Below are positions 53,785-62,378 of a stretch of DNA of 64,000 nt, one piece after another (the stretch's first letter is position 1; every line of letters starts with the position of its first letter). The translations under genes were made by a program, and so were the position numbers. Under the pieces are notes generated by a model that did not search any database, had not been told where the DNA came from, and saw only the letters and a list, made by a program, of their open reading frames with translations. Origin of the DNA: Terriglobia bacterium (GTDB taxonomy: Bacteria > Acidobacteriota > Polarisedimenticolia > Polarisedimenticolales > CAVOVZ01). Where the stretch lies: the NCBI GenBank assembly GCA_963699985.1, contig CAVOVZ010000013.1, forward strand, positions 119,799 through 183,798, given 5' to 3'.

Positions 53785-54444
53785 TCAATACCCTTCGGCG
53801 TCCGAGTGCCCCTGCACGATCAGGACGAGCGGCGTCGAGCCGGCCATCGTGGTCAGGGCGATCTTCCCGTCGGCGACGCGAATCGCCGCGGAGTGTGCAT
53901 CCTTGCCGGGCGGCAACAGGCTCATCACGGCGGGATGGTTCGTTCCGGTCGCCTTCCGGCTCAGGTCGTAGAGCTTCGCCCGTTCGGGGAACGAAGCCGG
54001 GTCGGAGTCCTGGGCGACCGGAGTGAGCAGGACGAAGTCGCGGTGCTCCGCGACGCCCATGTGGTTGCCGTCCTGAGGAAGCACGGAGTAGCGCATCGTG
54101 TAGTCGCCGGGAGGGACCGGCTTCGCCTTGTAGTCGGTCCAGCGCGCGGCCAATCGCACGATCCCGACGAACGTGCCCTCGCGGAGCTCGGGGTAGGCGA
54201 CACCCAGCTTCGCCTTCTCGGTCTTCTCCGTGGGAACGCTCTTGGCCAGCCAGAGATCGGCAACAGGCTTCCCATCGACCACGACGCGCACTCCCTCGGG
54301 CCCGAGCGCCGCCGCGAGGCTCGCGGGGAACGTCCCCTCGGCAGGCGCGCCGAGCTTCTCGACCTTCGCCTCCTGCGCGAGAGCCGCCCCCGCGGCGAGC
54401 ACCAGCCCGCAGGCGATCACAGCGCAACGAACGGTGACGTACAT
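53785..54444 (-). CDS. secreted hypothetical protein
   Basis: ATG 54444 follows a GAAGGAAAA RBS, and the signal peptide is VRCAVIACGLVLAAGAALA. The coherent 219-aa product was not assigned to a family. Confidence 0.6.
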   Translation of the reverse strand: MYVTVRCAVIACGLVLAAGAALAQEAKVEKLGAPAEGTFPASLAAALGPEGVRVVVDGKPVADLWLAKSVPTEKTEKAKLGVAYPELREGTFVGIVRLAARWTDYKAKPVPPGDYTMRYSVLPQDGNHMGVAEHRDFVLLTPVAQDSDPASFPERAKLYDLSRKATGTNHPAVMSLLPPGKDAHSAAIRVADGKIALTTMAGSTPLVLIVQGHSDAEGY

Positions 54445-54467
54445 GGATTTTCCTTCGTCGCGGTCCC

Positions 54468-54677
54468 TCACCGCGACTCGTGGCAGTCGCGGCCCGGGCC
54501 GCACTGATCGCGACCGGCGACCTGTCCATCCGGTCCCAGGCAGTTCATCGTGTGGGTGCACCAGAACATCCCGTCGCTCGTGTTCGGTACGGAGGGGTCG
54601 GGCTCCGCCTCGACGAACATCCCCTTGAAGCGGAGCCTGCGGCACAGATCGAACCCGTGGGCCGAGCGCGTCTCCAT
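54468..54677 (-). CDS. small Cys-rich protein coupled to the molybdoenzyme operon
   Basis: The ATG lies 2 nt after the FAD-subunit stop, with a GAGGAGG RBS inside the upstream gene. The 69-aa sequence is METRSAHGFDLCRRLRFKGMFV...GMFWCTHTMNCLGPDGQVAGRDQCGPGRDC, with 5 Cys. Confidence 0.5.
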   Translation of the reverse strand: METRSAHGFDLCRRLRFKGMFVEAEPDPSVPNTSDGMFWCTHTMNCLGPDGQVAGRDQCGPGRDCHESR

Positions 54678-54679
54678 CG

Positions 54680-55663
54680 TCACACCTCCTCGCCCAGCGC
54701 GCGCAGGATCGCCCGCTTCACCGCGGTGCGCGCCAGCCGGATCTTGTACGCGTTCTTCCCGAGGGACTTCGCTCCGCGCACCGCGGCCTCCCCGGCCTTC
54801 TCGGCGGCCGCCGCTCCGGGAGCGACTCCTTCCAGGGACTTCGCGGCGTCGGAGGCAACCCACGGGATCGGGGCGACGTGCCCGAGAACGACCCGCGCCG
54901 ACCGGATCGCGCCACCCTGGATCCGCAGCGCCACCGCGGCTGCGGCCAGCGGCCAGTCGAGCGACTGCTTCTCGCGGATCTCGTAGCTGGCATTCTTCGT
55001 ACCGGCCGCGGGCGGGACGATCACCTCGGTCAGGATCTCGTCGGATGCGAGGGTGTGCTCCTTCTCGGAGGCGAGCCGCGGAATCCGGTACAGCGTCTCC
55101 AGCGGGATCTCACGCGGGCCCTTCGATCCGACGACGCGCACCTTGGCGCCCAGCGCGATGAGCGCAGGAGCCAGGCTCGAAGCGTGAACGAAATATGCAG
55201 GGCCCGCGTTTCCGAGAATCGCGTGGTAGCGATTGTCTCCCTCGATCACCATGGACGATCCTTCCCGCTGTGCCAGGAGACCGAACCCGCTCCGGTAGTA
55301 CCAGCAGCGAGGCCGCTGGCAGAGGTCTCCGCCCACGGTGCCCATCGAGCGGATCTGCGGGCTCGCCACCCCTTCCGCCGCCTGCTTCAGCGAAGGATAC
55401 GCCGACGCCACGTGCGCGCTCTCCACGAGGTCTTCGAGCGTGGCGGAAGCTCCGATGCGGAGCCCCTGGGCGCCCGCGCGGATCCCGTGCAGCTCGGCGA
55501 TCCCCCGCAGGCTCACCAGACGACCCGGCTTCTCGATGCCGTCCTTGAGCAGGCTCAGGAGGTCGGTCCCTCCCGCGAGCACCGCGGCGCTTCCCGGCTT
55601 CTGAGCGAGCAATCCCACCGCCTCTTGCGTCGTCGCGGGACTCGCGTACTCGAACGGATCCAT
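54680..55663 (-). CDS. xanthine dehydrogenase family FAD-binding subunit (CoxM/PaoB-like)
   Basis: FEYASPATTQEAVGLLAQKPGSAAVLAGGTDLLSLLK...GTVGGDL matches the family. Confidence 0.9.
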   Translation of the reverse strand: MDPFEYASPATTQEAVGLLAQKPGSAAVLAGGTDLLSLLKDGIEKPGRLVSLRGIAELHGIRAGAQGLRIGASATLEDLVESAHVASAYPSLKQAAEGVASPQIRSMGTVGGDLCQRPRCWYYRSGFGLLAQREGSSMVIEGDNRYHAILGNAGPAYFVHASSLAPALIALGAKVRVVGSKGPREIPLETLYRIPRLASEKEHTLASDEILTEVIVPPAAGTKNASYEIREKQSLDWPLAAAAVALRIQGGAIRSARVVLGHVAPIPWVASDAAKSLEGVAPGAAAAEKAGEAAVRGAKSLGKNAYKIRLARTAVKRAILRALGEEV

Positions 55664-57795
55664 CAGGCGGTCCCTCCTTTCGATTCGAGCGCGGTTAGAA
55701 CCCGATCGGGCGTGAGCGGAAGATACGGAACCCTCGTCCCGATGGCGTTCGCCACCGCGTTCGAGATGGCGGCGCCGGGGGAGATCACCGGAGGCTCGCC
55801 CAGCCCGATCACCCCGCGCTCATCGTGACCCGGACCGGTCATCATGTGGACCACCAGCTCGCCCACGTCGCCCATTCCGGGCAGCTTGTAGAAATCCATG
55901 TTCGCGTTCAGCATCCTGCCGGTGACCGGATCGTGGATCTTCTGCTCGCAGAGGGCGTTCGCGATTCCCATGATCATCCCGCCGTACACCTGGCTCTCCG
56001 CGGTCTTCAGATCGATGATCAGGCCGCAGTCCTGGACCGCGACCATCTTGAGGACCCGCACCACTCCGGTCTCGAGATCCACCGCGACCTCGGCCATCTG
56101 GACCCCGCCCACGCCCGAATCGATCAACTTCCCCTCGCCCGGATTCTCCCCGGAAACGCTCAGCGGGGTCACGCCGATCGAGGCCGCGGCCTGCTTCCAG
56201 GTGACGGACCTCGCGGGATCGCCCTGCACCTGCACTTTTCCGTCGAGCGCTTCCAGCTCATCCGGCCGTGCCCCCAGTCGTGGCGCGACCTTCTCGAAGA
56301 TCTCCGCGAGTGCATTCACCGCGGCGCGGCGCGTGGATGCGCTCACGCCTCCGACGGTCGTGCTCCCGCCCGAGCCGCCCGAGGCGGGAAAGCGGCTGTC
56401 ACCGATGGACACCTTGACCGCTTGCAGGGGGAGACCGAGCGTCTCCGCCAGGACGATCCCGATGACGGTACGCGTCCCGGTGCCGAGGTCCTGCGAGGAG
56501 ATCCTCGCTTCGACCGTCCCGTCCGGATTGACGACCACCTGGCAGCTGCTCTTGTGGCCGCGCCCTCCCCACGTGTGGAGCGACAGGCCGAGGCCTTGCC
56601 TCACGGGGCCCTTTCCCCCCTCCCCCCGCGGATGCCATTTCTTTTTCCATTCCATCCGATCCGCCCCGATCCGAAGCTGCTCCGCGTACAGCTTCGAACG
56701 ATCGCCGGTGATTCCCAGGTTCTTCGTGAAGAACTCCAGCGGGTCGATGCGAAGCGCCGCCGCGAGATCCTCCAGAGCGGCCATCGTGATCAGGCAGGCC
56801 TGCGGGTGATTCGGCGCGCGCCACGCCCGGGCGCTCGCCTTGTTCGTGGGCACCGAGGTGTGACGGTGCTTCCGGTGAGGCACCTGGAAGATGTAAGGAA
56901 GTGGTGGGCTTCCCGAGCCGCCGGGTCCCCCCGATCCCCACGACTCGCTGGCCCACGCGGTGATCGTCCCGTCCCGCTTCGCGCCGAGCCGGACGCGCGC
57001 GTACGCCGACGGACGATCTCCCGCCACGGTCATCTCCGCCGCGCGATCGAGCATGAGCTTGACCGGAGCCTTCAGCTCCCGGGCGAGCTTGGCGCACTCG
57101 ATCCCCCAGCGATCGGGGCTGAACTTACTTCCGAAGCCGCCGCCCATGTGGGGCGTGAGCACGCGAACGCTGGTGGCGGGAACCTCGAGAGCGTCCGCGA
57201 GCTCGGCGGCCACGCCCGAGACCGCCTGGGTCGAGCACCAGGCGGTCAGATTCCCTTCCGAGTCCCACTCGCAGACCTGACCGTGGGCCTCGAGGCAACA
57301 GTGGGCCACGGAGGCGAGGCCGTAGGCTCCGTCGGTTTTCACCTCGGCCGCAGCGAGCTCGCGGTCCGGCTCCCCGGTGACGTCCTCGTCCGCCGGATTC
57401 GTCTTCGGAGACTCGTCCCTGTTCTCCTCGTTGACGAAATGCGGGAGGATCTCGTAGCGCGCGGAGATGGCGTCCAGGGCCTGCCGGGCGATCTCCTCGC
57501 TGGTGGCCACGACGATCGCGATCTCGTCGAGCGCCCACTGGATCTCGGCTCCCGTCTCCCTCAGGACCTTGACCTTCTTCACGCCTCGCATCCCGGCGGC
57601 CGCGGAGACGTCGATCGCGACCAGACGCGCGTGCGCGTGGGGGCAGTGAAGGATCTTGGCGTGGAGCATGCCCGGCCGGTTGACGTCGTAGGTGTACTTC
57701 GCGGTCCCGGTCACCTTCGCGGGACCGTCGATCCGCGCGAGCCTCTTGCCGATCAGGGAGCGACGGCCCGCTGGGGGCCACCCGTACTGCGCCAT
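55663..57795 (-). CDS. xanthine dehydrogenase family molybdopterin-binding large subunit
   Basis: IGKRLARIDGPAKVTGTAKYTYDV...MLHAKILHCPHAHARLVAID is the a/b hammerhead, and GGGFGSK is present. The product is 710 aa. Confidence 0.9.
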   Translation of the reverse strand: MAQYGWPPAGRRSLIGKRLARIDGPAKVTGTAKYTYDVNRPGMLHAKILHCPHAHARLVAIDVSAAAGMRGVKKVKVLRETGAEIQWALDEIAIVVATSEEIARQALDAISARYEILPHFVNEENRDESPKTNPADEDVTGEPDRELAAAEVKTDGAYGLASVAHCCLEAHGQVCEWDSEGNLTAWCSTQAVSGVAAELADALEVPATSVRVLTPHMGGGFGSKFSPDRWGIECAKLARELKAPVKLMLDRAAEMTVAGDRPSAYARVRLGAKRDGTITAWASESWGSGGPGGSGSPPLPYIFQVPHRKHRHTSVPTNKASARAWRAPNHPQACLITMAALEDLAAALRIDPLEFFTKNLGITGDRSKLYAEQLRIGADRMEWKKKWHPRGEGGKGPVRQGLGLSLHTWGGRGHKSSCQVVVNPDGTVEARISSQDLGTGTRTVIGIVLAETLGLPLQAVKVSIGDSRFPASGGSGGSTTVGGVSASTRRAAVNALAEIFEKVAPRLGARPDELEALDGKVQVQGDPARSVTWKQAAASIGVTPLSVSGENPGEGKLIDSGVGGVQMAEVAVDLETGVVRVLKMVAVQDCGLIIDLKTAESQVYGGMIMGIANALCEQKIHDPVTGRMLNANMDFYKLPGMGDVGELVVHMMTGPGHDERGVIGLGEPPVISPGAAISNAVANAIGTRVPYLPLTPDRVLTALESKGGTA

Positions 57796-57796
57796 C

Positions 57797-58432
57797 TCAC
57801 GCTCCCTTCCGCGTCTTGCGCGCCGCGTCCAGAACCGCCTCGCGGATGCCCGGGTACGCTCCGCACCGGCAGAGGTTGCCTCCCAGCCCGCGATCGACGT
57901 CCGCCGCGCCGGGCGAGGGGTGCTTCCGCAGGAACGCCGTCGAAGCCATCACGAACCCGGGAGTGCAGAAGCCGCACTGCTGCCCGTCGTGCTCGACGAA
58001 CGCGGCCTGGATGGGGTGGAGCGCCTCGGGAGTGCCGAGGCCCTCCACGGTCTCGATCTTCCTGCCGCTGGCATCCACCGCGAGAATGCTGCACGCGTAG
58101 ACCGGCTTCCCGTCGAGGAGCACGGTGCACGCTCCGCACGTGCCGCGGTCGCACACCTTCTTCGCACCGGTCAGGTCCAGATGGTTCCGCATGGCGTCGA
58201 GAAGCGTGACACGCGGCTCGAGCTCGACCCGGTACGCCTTCCCGTTGATGTCCAGGGTGAATGGAACCGGCCCCGGCCCGAGGACGGCGGCGGCCGGCCC
58301 GGCCGCCTCGGCGGTGCTCAGGAGTCCCGTCGGCAAGAGCCCCGCGGTCGCCGCGCCCAGCGCGCTTCCGCGCAGGAAGTCGCGCCGGGAGAGCCCGTCG
58401 GACGACTCCCCGTTCTTCGTTCGTTTCGGCAT
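57797..58432 (-). CDS. (2Fe-2S)-binding small subunit with Tat signal (PaoA-like, periplasmic)
   Basis: The Tat motif is LSRRDFLRGSALGAATAGL. The two 2Fe-2S sites are CDRGTCGACTV and CGFCTPG...CRCG. The upstream part of ORF 57797..58843 is rejected. Confidence 0.9.
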   Translation of the reverse strand: MPKRTKNGESSDGLSRRDFLRGSALGAATAGLLPTGLLSTAEAAGPAAAVLGPGPVPFTLDINGKAYRVELEPRVTLLDAMRNHLDLTGAKKVCDRGTCGACTVLLDGKPVYACSILAVDASGRKIETVEGLGTPEALHPIQAAFVEHDGQQCGFCTPGFVMASTAFLRKHPSPGAADVDRGLGGNLCRCGAYPGIREAVLDAARKTRKGA

Positions 58433-58473
58433 GGATCCTCCGTCGCGAGCATCAGCCGTGGCGGAAGTTTTTA

Positions 58474-59163
58474 TCACACAACCACGGCGGTCGCCGTTTG
58501 CACGTCGGCATCTTCGGGAGCGAGGTGGCGCCGCATGGCGGCAGCCGCCCACGCGGCGTGCTCGGCGAGCATCGGCTCCGGGAACGAGACCGGCGCGAAC
58601 ACGACCATGAAGAGATGGCGCGTCGCCTCGGTGATGGAGGTGCGGAGCGAATCCGACGTGGGATTGCCGAATGCTCCGTCGTCGTCCGCCAGGGCCGGGC
58701 GGCCTCCCACGTGAACCGCCTCCTTGCGGATCCCGGCGTAGGACTCCCCCGGCCTGCCCGCGCGAAGCGTGACGCGGCCTCGGATCCTGGCCACATCGTA
58801 CAGACCGATCGGGAGGAGGAACTGCAGCGCACAGAGGTTGCACACGTCGACGGCACTCAGGATCCTCGGAAGCGGCTTCCCCTGAAGCGCGCGGCGCAGG
58901 AGCGATTCGGAGGAGGGACGGATGCGGGTCGGGTCCACGCCGTACGCGTGGTAGAGCTCCCGCGCCGGCCGGAGTCCGAGAATCTCCGCCGGGCTCTTTC
59001 CCGCATGACGCGACGCCAGCGTCCGCGCCAGCTCGTCGATCTCGGCGTCGAGCTTCAGGGAAGCGGGCGCGACCCGAACCGGCGCCGCCTCGATGAGGCC
59101 GAGCCGCTGCTTTCCCCGCACCTCGTCGGAGACCACGGGCACGATGGCGTTCTCGATCAGCAT
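58474..59163 (-). CDS. B3/B4 tRNA-binding domain-containing protein (PheT-related)
   Basis: YGVDPTRIRPSSESLLRRALQGKPLPRILSAVDVCNLCALQFLLPIGLYD...GESYAGI matches the family. Confidence 0.8.
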   Translation of the reverse strand: MLIENAIVPVVSDEVRGKQRLGLIEAAPVRVAPASLKLDAEIDELARTLASRHAGKSPAEILGLRPARELYHAYGVDPTRIRPSSESLLRRALQGKPLPRILSAVDVCNLCALQFLLPIGLYDVARIRGRVTLRAGRPGESYAGIRKEAVHVGGRPALADDDGAFGNPTSDSLRTSITEATRHLFMVVFAPVSFPEPMLAEHAAWAAAAMRRHLAPEDADVQTATAVVV

Positions 59164-59212
59164 CGCATCCTCCGAAATGGGGACAGATCTATTTTCTATT
59201 CTCCCCCGCTTC

Positions 59213-59908
59213 CTATCCGATCGCCCTCGCGATGGCGAAGGCAGCGCCCGCGGCGAGCCCGCCGATGAGCACGGTCTGGAGCGCGGAACGCACCGGCGTC
59301 GTCCCCGTGAATCGTCCCTTCACGTAGCCGAAGACCAGCAGGGCGAGCGCGGTGAGGGCCGCCGAGACGAGCAGGCCGTTCTTCGCGCTCGCGACGAAGA
59401 AGTACGGCGACAGCGGAATCAACCCTCCGGCCACGTACGCGATGGCGATGGTCAAGGCGCTGGTAAGCGCGCGCTTCGGGTTCGGCTGTTCGAGGCCGAG
59501 CTCGAAGCGCATCATGAAATCGACCCACGCCTTCGGGCGGGCCTGAAGCGCCGCAACGAGAGGGACGGTTTGCTCGGCGTCGAGTCCGAACGACCGGAAG
59601 ATCTCGGTCACCTCCTCGATCTCGCGATCGATCTTCTCCCTGACCTCCATCTCCTCTCGGGCCCGCTCGCTGTTGTAGTGCTCGACGTCGCTGCGGGCGG
59701 CCAGGTACCCGCCGAGTCCCATGGCGATGGAGCCTGCGGCGATCTCCGCCATCCCCGCCGTGACGATCACCGAGCTGGTGTCGATGGCGCCCGTCAGGCC
59801 CGCGGCCAGCGCGAACGGCACCGTCAGCCCATCCGACATCCCGATGACCGCGTCTCGCACGCTCTCGGAGGCGGTAAAGTGCTTCTCGATATGAGGTGTG
59901 GTCGGCAT
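59213..59908 (-). CDS. VIT1/CCC1-family iron/manganese transporter
   Basis: ATG 59908 follows an AAGGAGAGGA RBS. RDAVIGMSDGLTVPFALAAGL and EIAAGSIAMGLGGYLA are present, along with a cytoplasmic Glu-rich helix and C-terminal TM helices. Confidence 0.85.
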   Translation of the reverse strand: MPTTPHIEKHFTASESVRDAVIGMSDGLTVPFALAAGLTGAIDTSSVIVTAGMAEIAAGSIAMGLGGYLAARSDVEHYNSERAREEMEVREKIDREIEEVTEIFRSFGLDAEQTVPLVAALQARPKAWVDFMMRFELGLEQPNPKRALTSALTIAIAYVAGGLIPLSPYFFVASAKNGLLVSAALTALALLVFGYVKGRFTGTTPVRSALQTVLIGGLAAGAAFAIARAIG

Positions 59909-60007
59909 TGCATCCTCTCCTTCTTGGCGGGCGGTGAGAATACACCGGCCGAGCAGTTGCCACGGAAACTCGTGAATCGGGCGGGGCGAGCGGAGTCCGG
60001 AAATGGG

Positions 60008-60090
60008 AAATGGGGACTGTCCCCTTTTTCCCGCGGGTCTCTGCCGTTTCTGAGTTACCCCCGGAGCAAAATGGGGACTGTCCCCTTTTT
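60008..60090. repeat. two further copies of the palindromic motif (24-nt identical AAATGGGGACTGTCCCCTTTTTCC), 61 bp apart
   Basis: The cores lie at 60012-60024 and 60073-60085, in the divergent leader between VIT1 (minus) and the 60134 gene (plus). Confidence 0.6.
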
Positions 60091-60100
60091 CCTGTAGGAT

Positions 60101-60116
60101 CGCTGCGATCGCAGCG
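60101..60116. promoter_or_regulatory. perfect 16-bp palindrome CGCTGCGATCGCAGCG
   Basis: It ends 18 nt upstream of ATG 60134, next to the GAGGAGAG RBS. Confidence 0.4.
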
Positions 60117-60133
60117 CTTCCGAGGAGAGTCCA

Positions 60134-61945
60134 ATGCCCCCGCACCCTCCGAAACCGGACGGCGAGAGCCGACCGCCTCGAATCGAGCCGATCGCTCCGC
60201 GCGAGGACAGTCCCGACGAGATCGACGCCCTCGTTCGCGAGTTCGGCCGGCTCGCCAGGGACGCGCCGAAGGATCTCGCCGCACGCCTCGAGTCGCTTCC
60301 CCTTCGTCGACAGGCCGATCTCCTGCTTCGGCTGCCCGCCGCCGAGCGGCTCGAGGTTCTTCTTCACGCGCCCCAGCCGATGCGACTGGTTCGCGCCCTT
60401 CCGGACGCCGAGCTGTACCTCACGGTCCGCGAGGTCGGCCTGCACGACGCGCTTCCGCTGCTCTCCCTGGCCTCGGGCGAGCAGATCCAGCACGTCCTCG
60501 ATCTCGAGGGGTGGCGCAAGGACCGCTTCGATGGCGACCGGTCCGGCGCGTGGATCGCCGTGCTTCTCGAGGCGGGCGAGCCGACGATTCGGAGATTTCT
60601 GCGCCAGGCCGACGACGAGCTGCTCTCGCTCCTGTTCGCCCGCTGGGCCCGCGTGAAGCAGATCGCCTCGGAGGACTCGCCGGAGCGGGACCACCGCGGC
60701 GAGAACGAGGCCGGCGCGGACGCGGGCTTCGTCTCGCCCGACGGCATGCACATCTTCTCACCAACGATCGTCGAGCACGCGCTGGCAGTCCGGCGGATCG
60801 CGGAGGTTCTCTTCGAAGAGCAGCAGGCGAGGTACTTCAACGTCCTCCACTCGGCGATCTGGGAGCTTCCGGACGACCTGGAGGAACAGGAGCTCCACTG
60901 GCGGCAGAGTCGACTCGAGGAGCACGGTTTCCCCGACTGGGAGACCGCTCTGTCCGTCTATGCTCCCCCCTCCGGCGTGCGGGGCCGATCGGAGCCTCCG
61001 ACGCCCTCGAAGGACGACGCACTCGCGGCACCCCGGGCTGTGCTTCGGGCCGCGCCCGAGACCAGCCTCGTGCTCCAGGCGATGGACGACCTGGGAGACG
61101 CGGCCCGGGAGGCAGCGCTGTTCGAGCTGACGGCCGTCGCCAATCGCGTCCTGGTGGCCGACGGCGCCGACACAGGCGACACCGCCGCGCACCGCGGCGC
61201 GCTGGAGACGGCGGCGGGGTACGCGAGCATCGCGCTGTCGCGCCGCGGCGCCCGCGATGGGGCGGCAGCATCCCCCATCGTCCGAGAGATCCCGATCCTC
61301 GAGCTCTTCCGAGAGGGATACGCGGCGGCCGTCGAGCTGCGCGTCGCGGCGACGCGACTGCGCGGGGAAGGATGGCTCGCCTGCCACCCGCGCGCCGACG
61401 AGATGCTCGACCCTCCCATTCGCCAGCGGCTCCTGGGCCTGCTCGAGGCGCGGCCGAAGTACTTCGACCCGTTCGCGTCCGGCCCGGAGACGTCGTTCCG
61501 GCCGTTCCGCGGAATCGACGAGGTCGAGGAGTCTCGTTTGAGCCTCGAGCTCGCCTCTCTCCTCGGTCGTGTCCTCACCGACGCGCTGGGCTGGAATGTG
61601 CTCGCCGCCGCCTCGAGGACCCCGAGGCCGCAACGGGCCGGCGATCTCTTCCTGACGTCTCTGGTCTGGCACGCGACGTCGGGCAATCTCCGCGGCGAGC
61701 CGCTGCAGGAGCAGGCGGCACGGGCGTTCCTCGACGCGGGGCCCTCCGGGCAAGCGCTCGAGCTCTTCCTCGCCCGCCTCCGCGAGAAGCTCGCGCTCGG
61801 TCCACGGGATGCCGCGGAGCTTCGCGCCTTCGCCCGGGCCTCGCACGTTCGTCTCGAGGAGGAGACCCGGGCCATCCGCGAGTCGGGGAAGATCGAGCCG
61901 CGGAAGCTGACCTGCGTGCTGCTCGCGGCGCGTTCCGCACGCTGA
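60134..61945 (+). CDS. conserved hypothetical protein (resembles DUF6178-type proteins; unverified)
   Basis: The coherent 603-aa helical protein contains LPLRRQADLLLRLPAAERLEVLLHAPQPMRLVRALPDAELYLTVREVGLHDALPLLSLASGEQIQHVLDLEGW. I recognised no catalytic motif. Confidence 0.65.
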   Translation: MPPHPPKPDGESRPPRIEPIAPREDSPDEIDALVREFGRLARDAPKDLAARLESLPLRRQADLLLRLPAAERLEVLLHAPQPMRLVRALPDAELYLTVREVGLHDALPLLSLASGEQIQHVLDLEGWRKDRFDGDRSGAWIAVLLEAGEPTIRRFLRQADDELLSLLFARWARVKQIASEDSPERDHRGENEAGADAGFVSPDGMHIFSPTIVEHALAVRRIAEVLFEEQQARYFNVLHSAIWELPDDLEEQELHWRQSRLEEHGFPDWETALSVYAPPSGVRGRSEPPTPSKDDALAAPRAVLRAAPETSLVLQAMDDLGDAAREAALFELTAVANRVLVADGADTGDTAAHRGALETAAGYASIALSRRGARDGAAASPIVREIPILELFREGYAAAVELRVAATRLRGEGWLACHPRADEMLDPPIRQRLLGLLEARPKYFDPFASGPETSFRPFRGIDEVEESRLSLELASLLGRVLTDALGWNVLAAASRTPRPQRAGDLFLTSLVWHATSGNLRGEPLQEQAARAFLDAGPSGQALELFLARLREKLALGPRDAAELRAFARASHVRLEEETRAIRESGKIEPRKLTCVLLAARSAR

Positions 61946-62024
61946 ACCCCTCGCGAGCCGCCGCGGGGCGGTATAATGGCCCCTCACACCACACCCCGGC
62001 GCGGCCGGGAGCACGAGCACGAGG

Positions 62025-62357
62025 ATGCACATGAGCGCCGACGAACCTCTCAAGTCCGCCTACGAGCTGGCCATGGACCGTCTCCGCGCCCAGGACAAGG
62101 ACGACGGAATCGAGGAGGCGAAGCCGCTCACGGAAGAACAGAAAGCCGAGATCACTCGCCTGCGCAGCGAAGCCACCGCGAAGCTCGCCGAGATGGAGAT
62201 CCTCCAGCGAAAGGACCTGGCCTCGGTGGGAGGCGATCCCGCCAAGCTGCTCGACCTCCGGGAGAAGCACCGCGTGGACCGCGAGCGTGTCGCGGCGCGC
62301 CTCGAGTCCGCCATCGCCCGCGTGCGCGCGGGGAAGCCGGCGCGCCGCGACGAGTGA
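62025..62357 (+). CDS. small helical hypothetical protein
   Basis: The 110-aa product is charged and coiled-coil-like (SAYELAMDRLRAQDKDDG...LTEEQKAEITRLRSEATAKLAEMEI). Confidence 0.5.
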   Translation: MHMSADEPLKSAYELAMDRLRAQDKDDGIEEAKPLTEEQKAEITRLRSEATAKLAEMEILQRKDLASVGGDPAKLLDLREKHRVDRERVAARLESAIARVRAGKPARRDE

Positions 62358-62378
62358 TCGCGTCGTCCGGAGCGCCCG

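Noticed and set aside
60008-60090. A possible mini CRISPR array, given two identical 24-mers 61 bp apart.
   Set aside because: There are only two copies, the repeat is a simple palindrome also found singly at 26501, and no cas genes are present.
59909-60133. A yybP-ykoY (manganese) riboswitch upstream of the VIT1-family transporter. On the minus strand the leader contains AAAGGGGACAGTCCCC, reminiscent of the AAAGGGGAGUAG start of that riboswitch.
   Set aside because: The other conserved elements (the UUGACAUA-like and AGCAAGACC-like segments) are absent. The same palindrome also occurs upstream of an unrelated gene at 26501.
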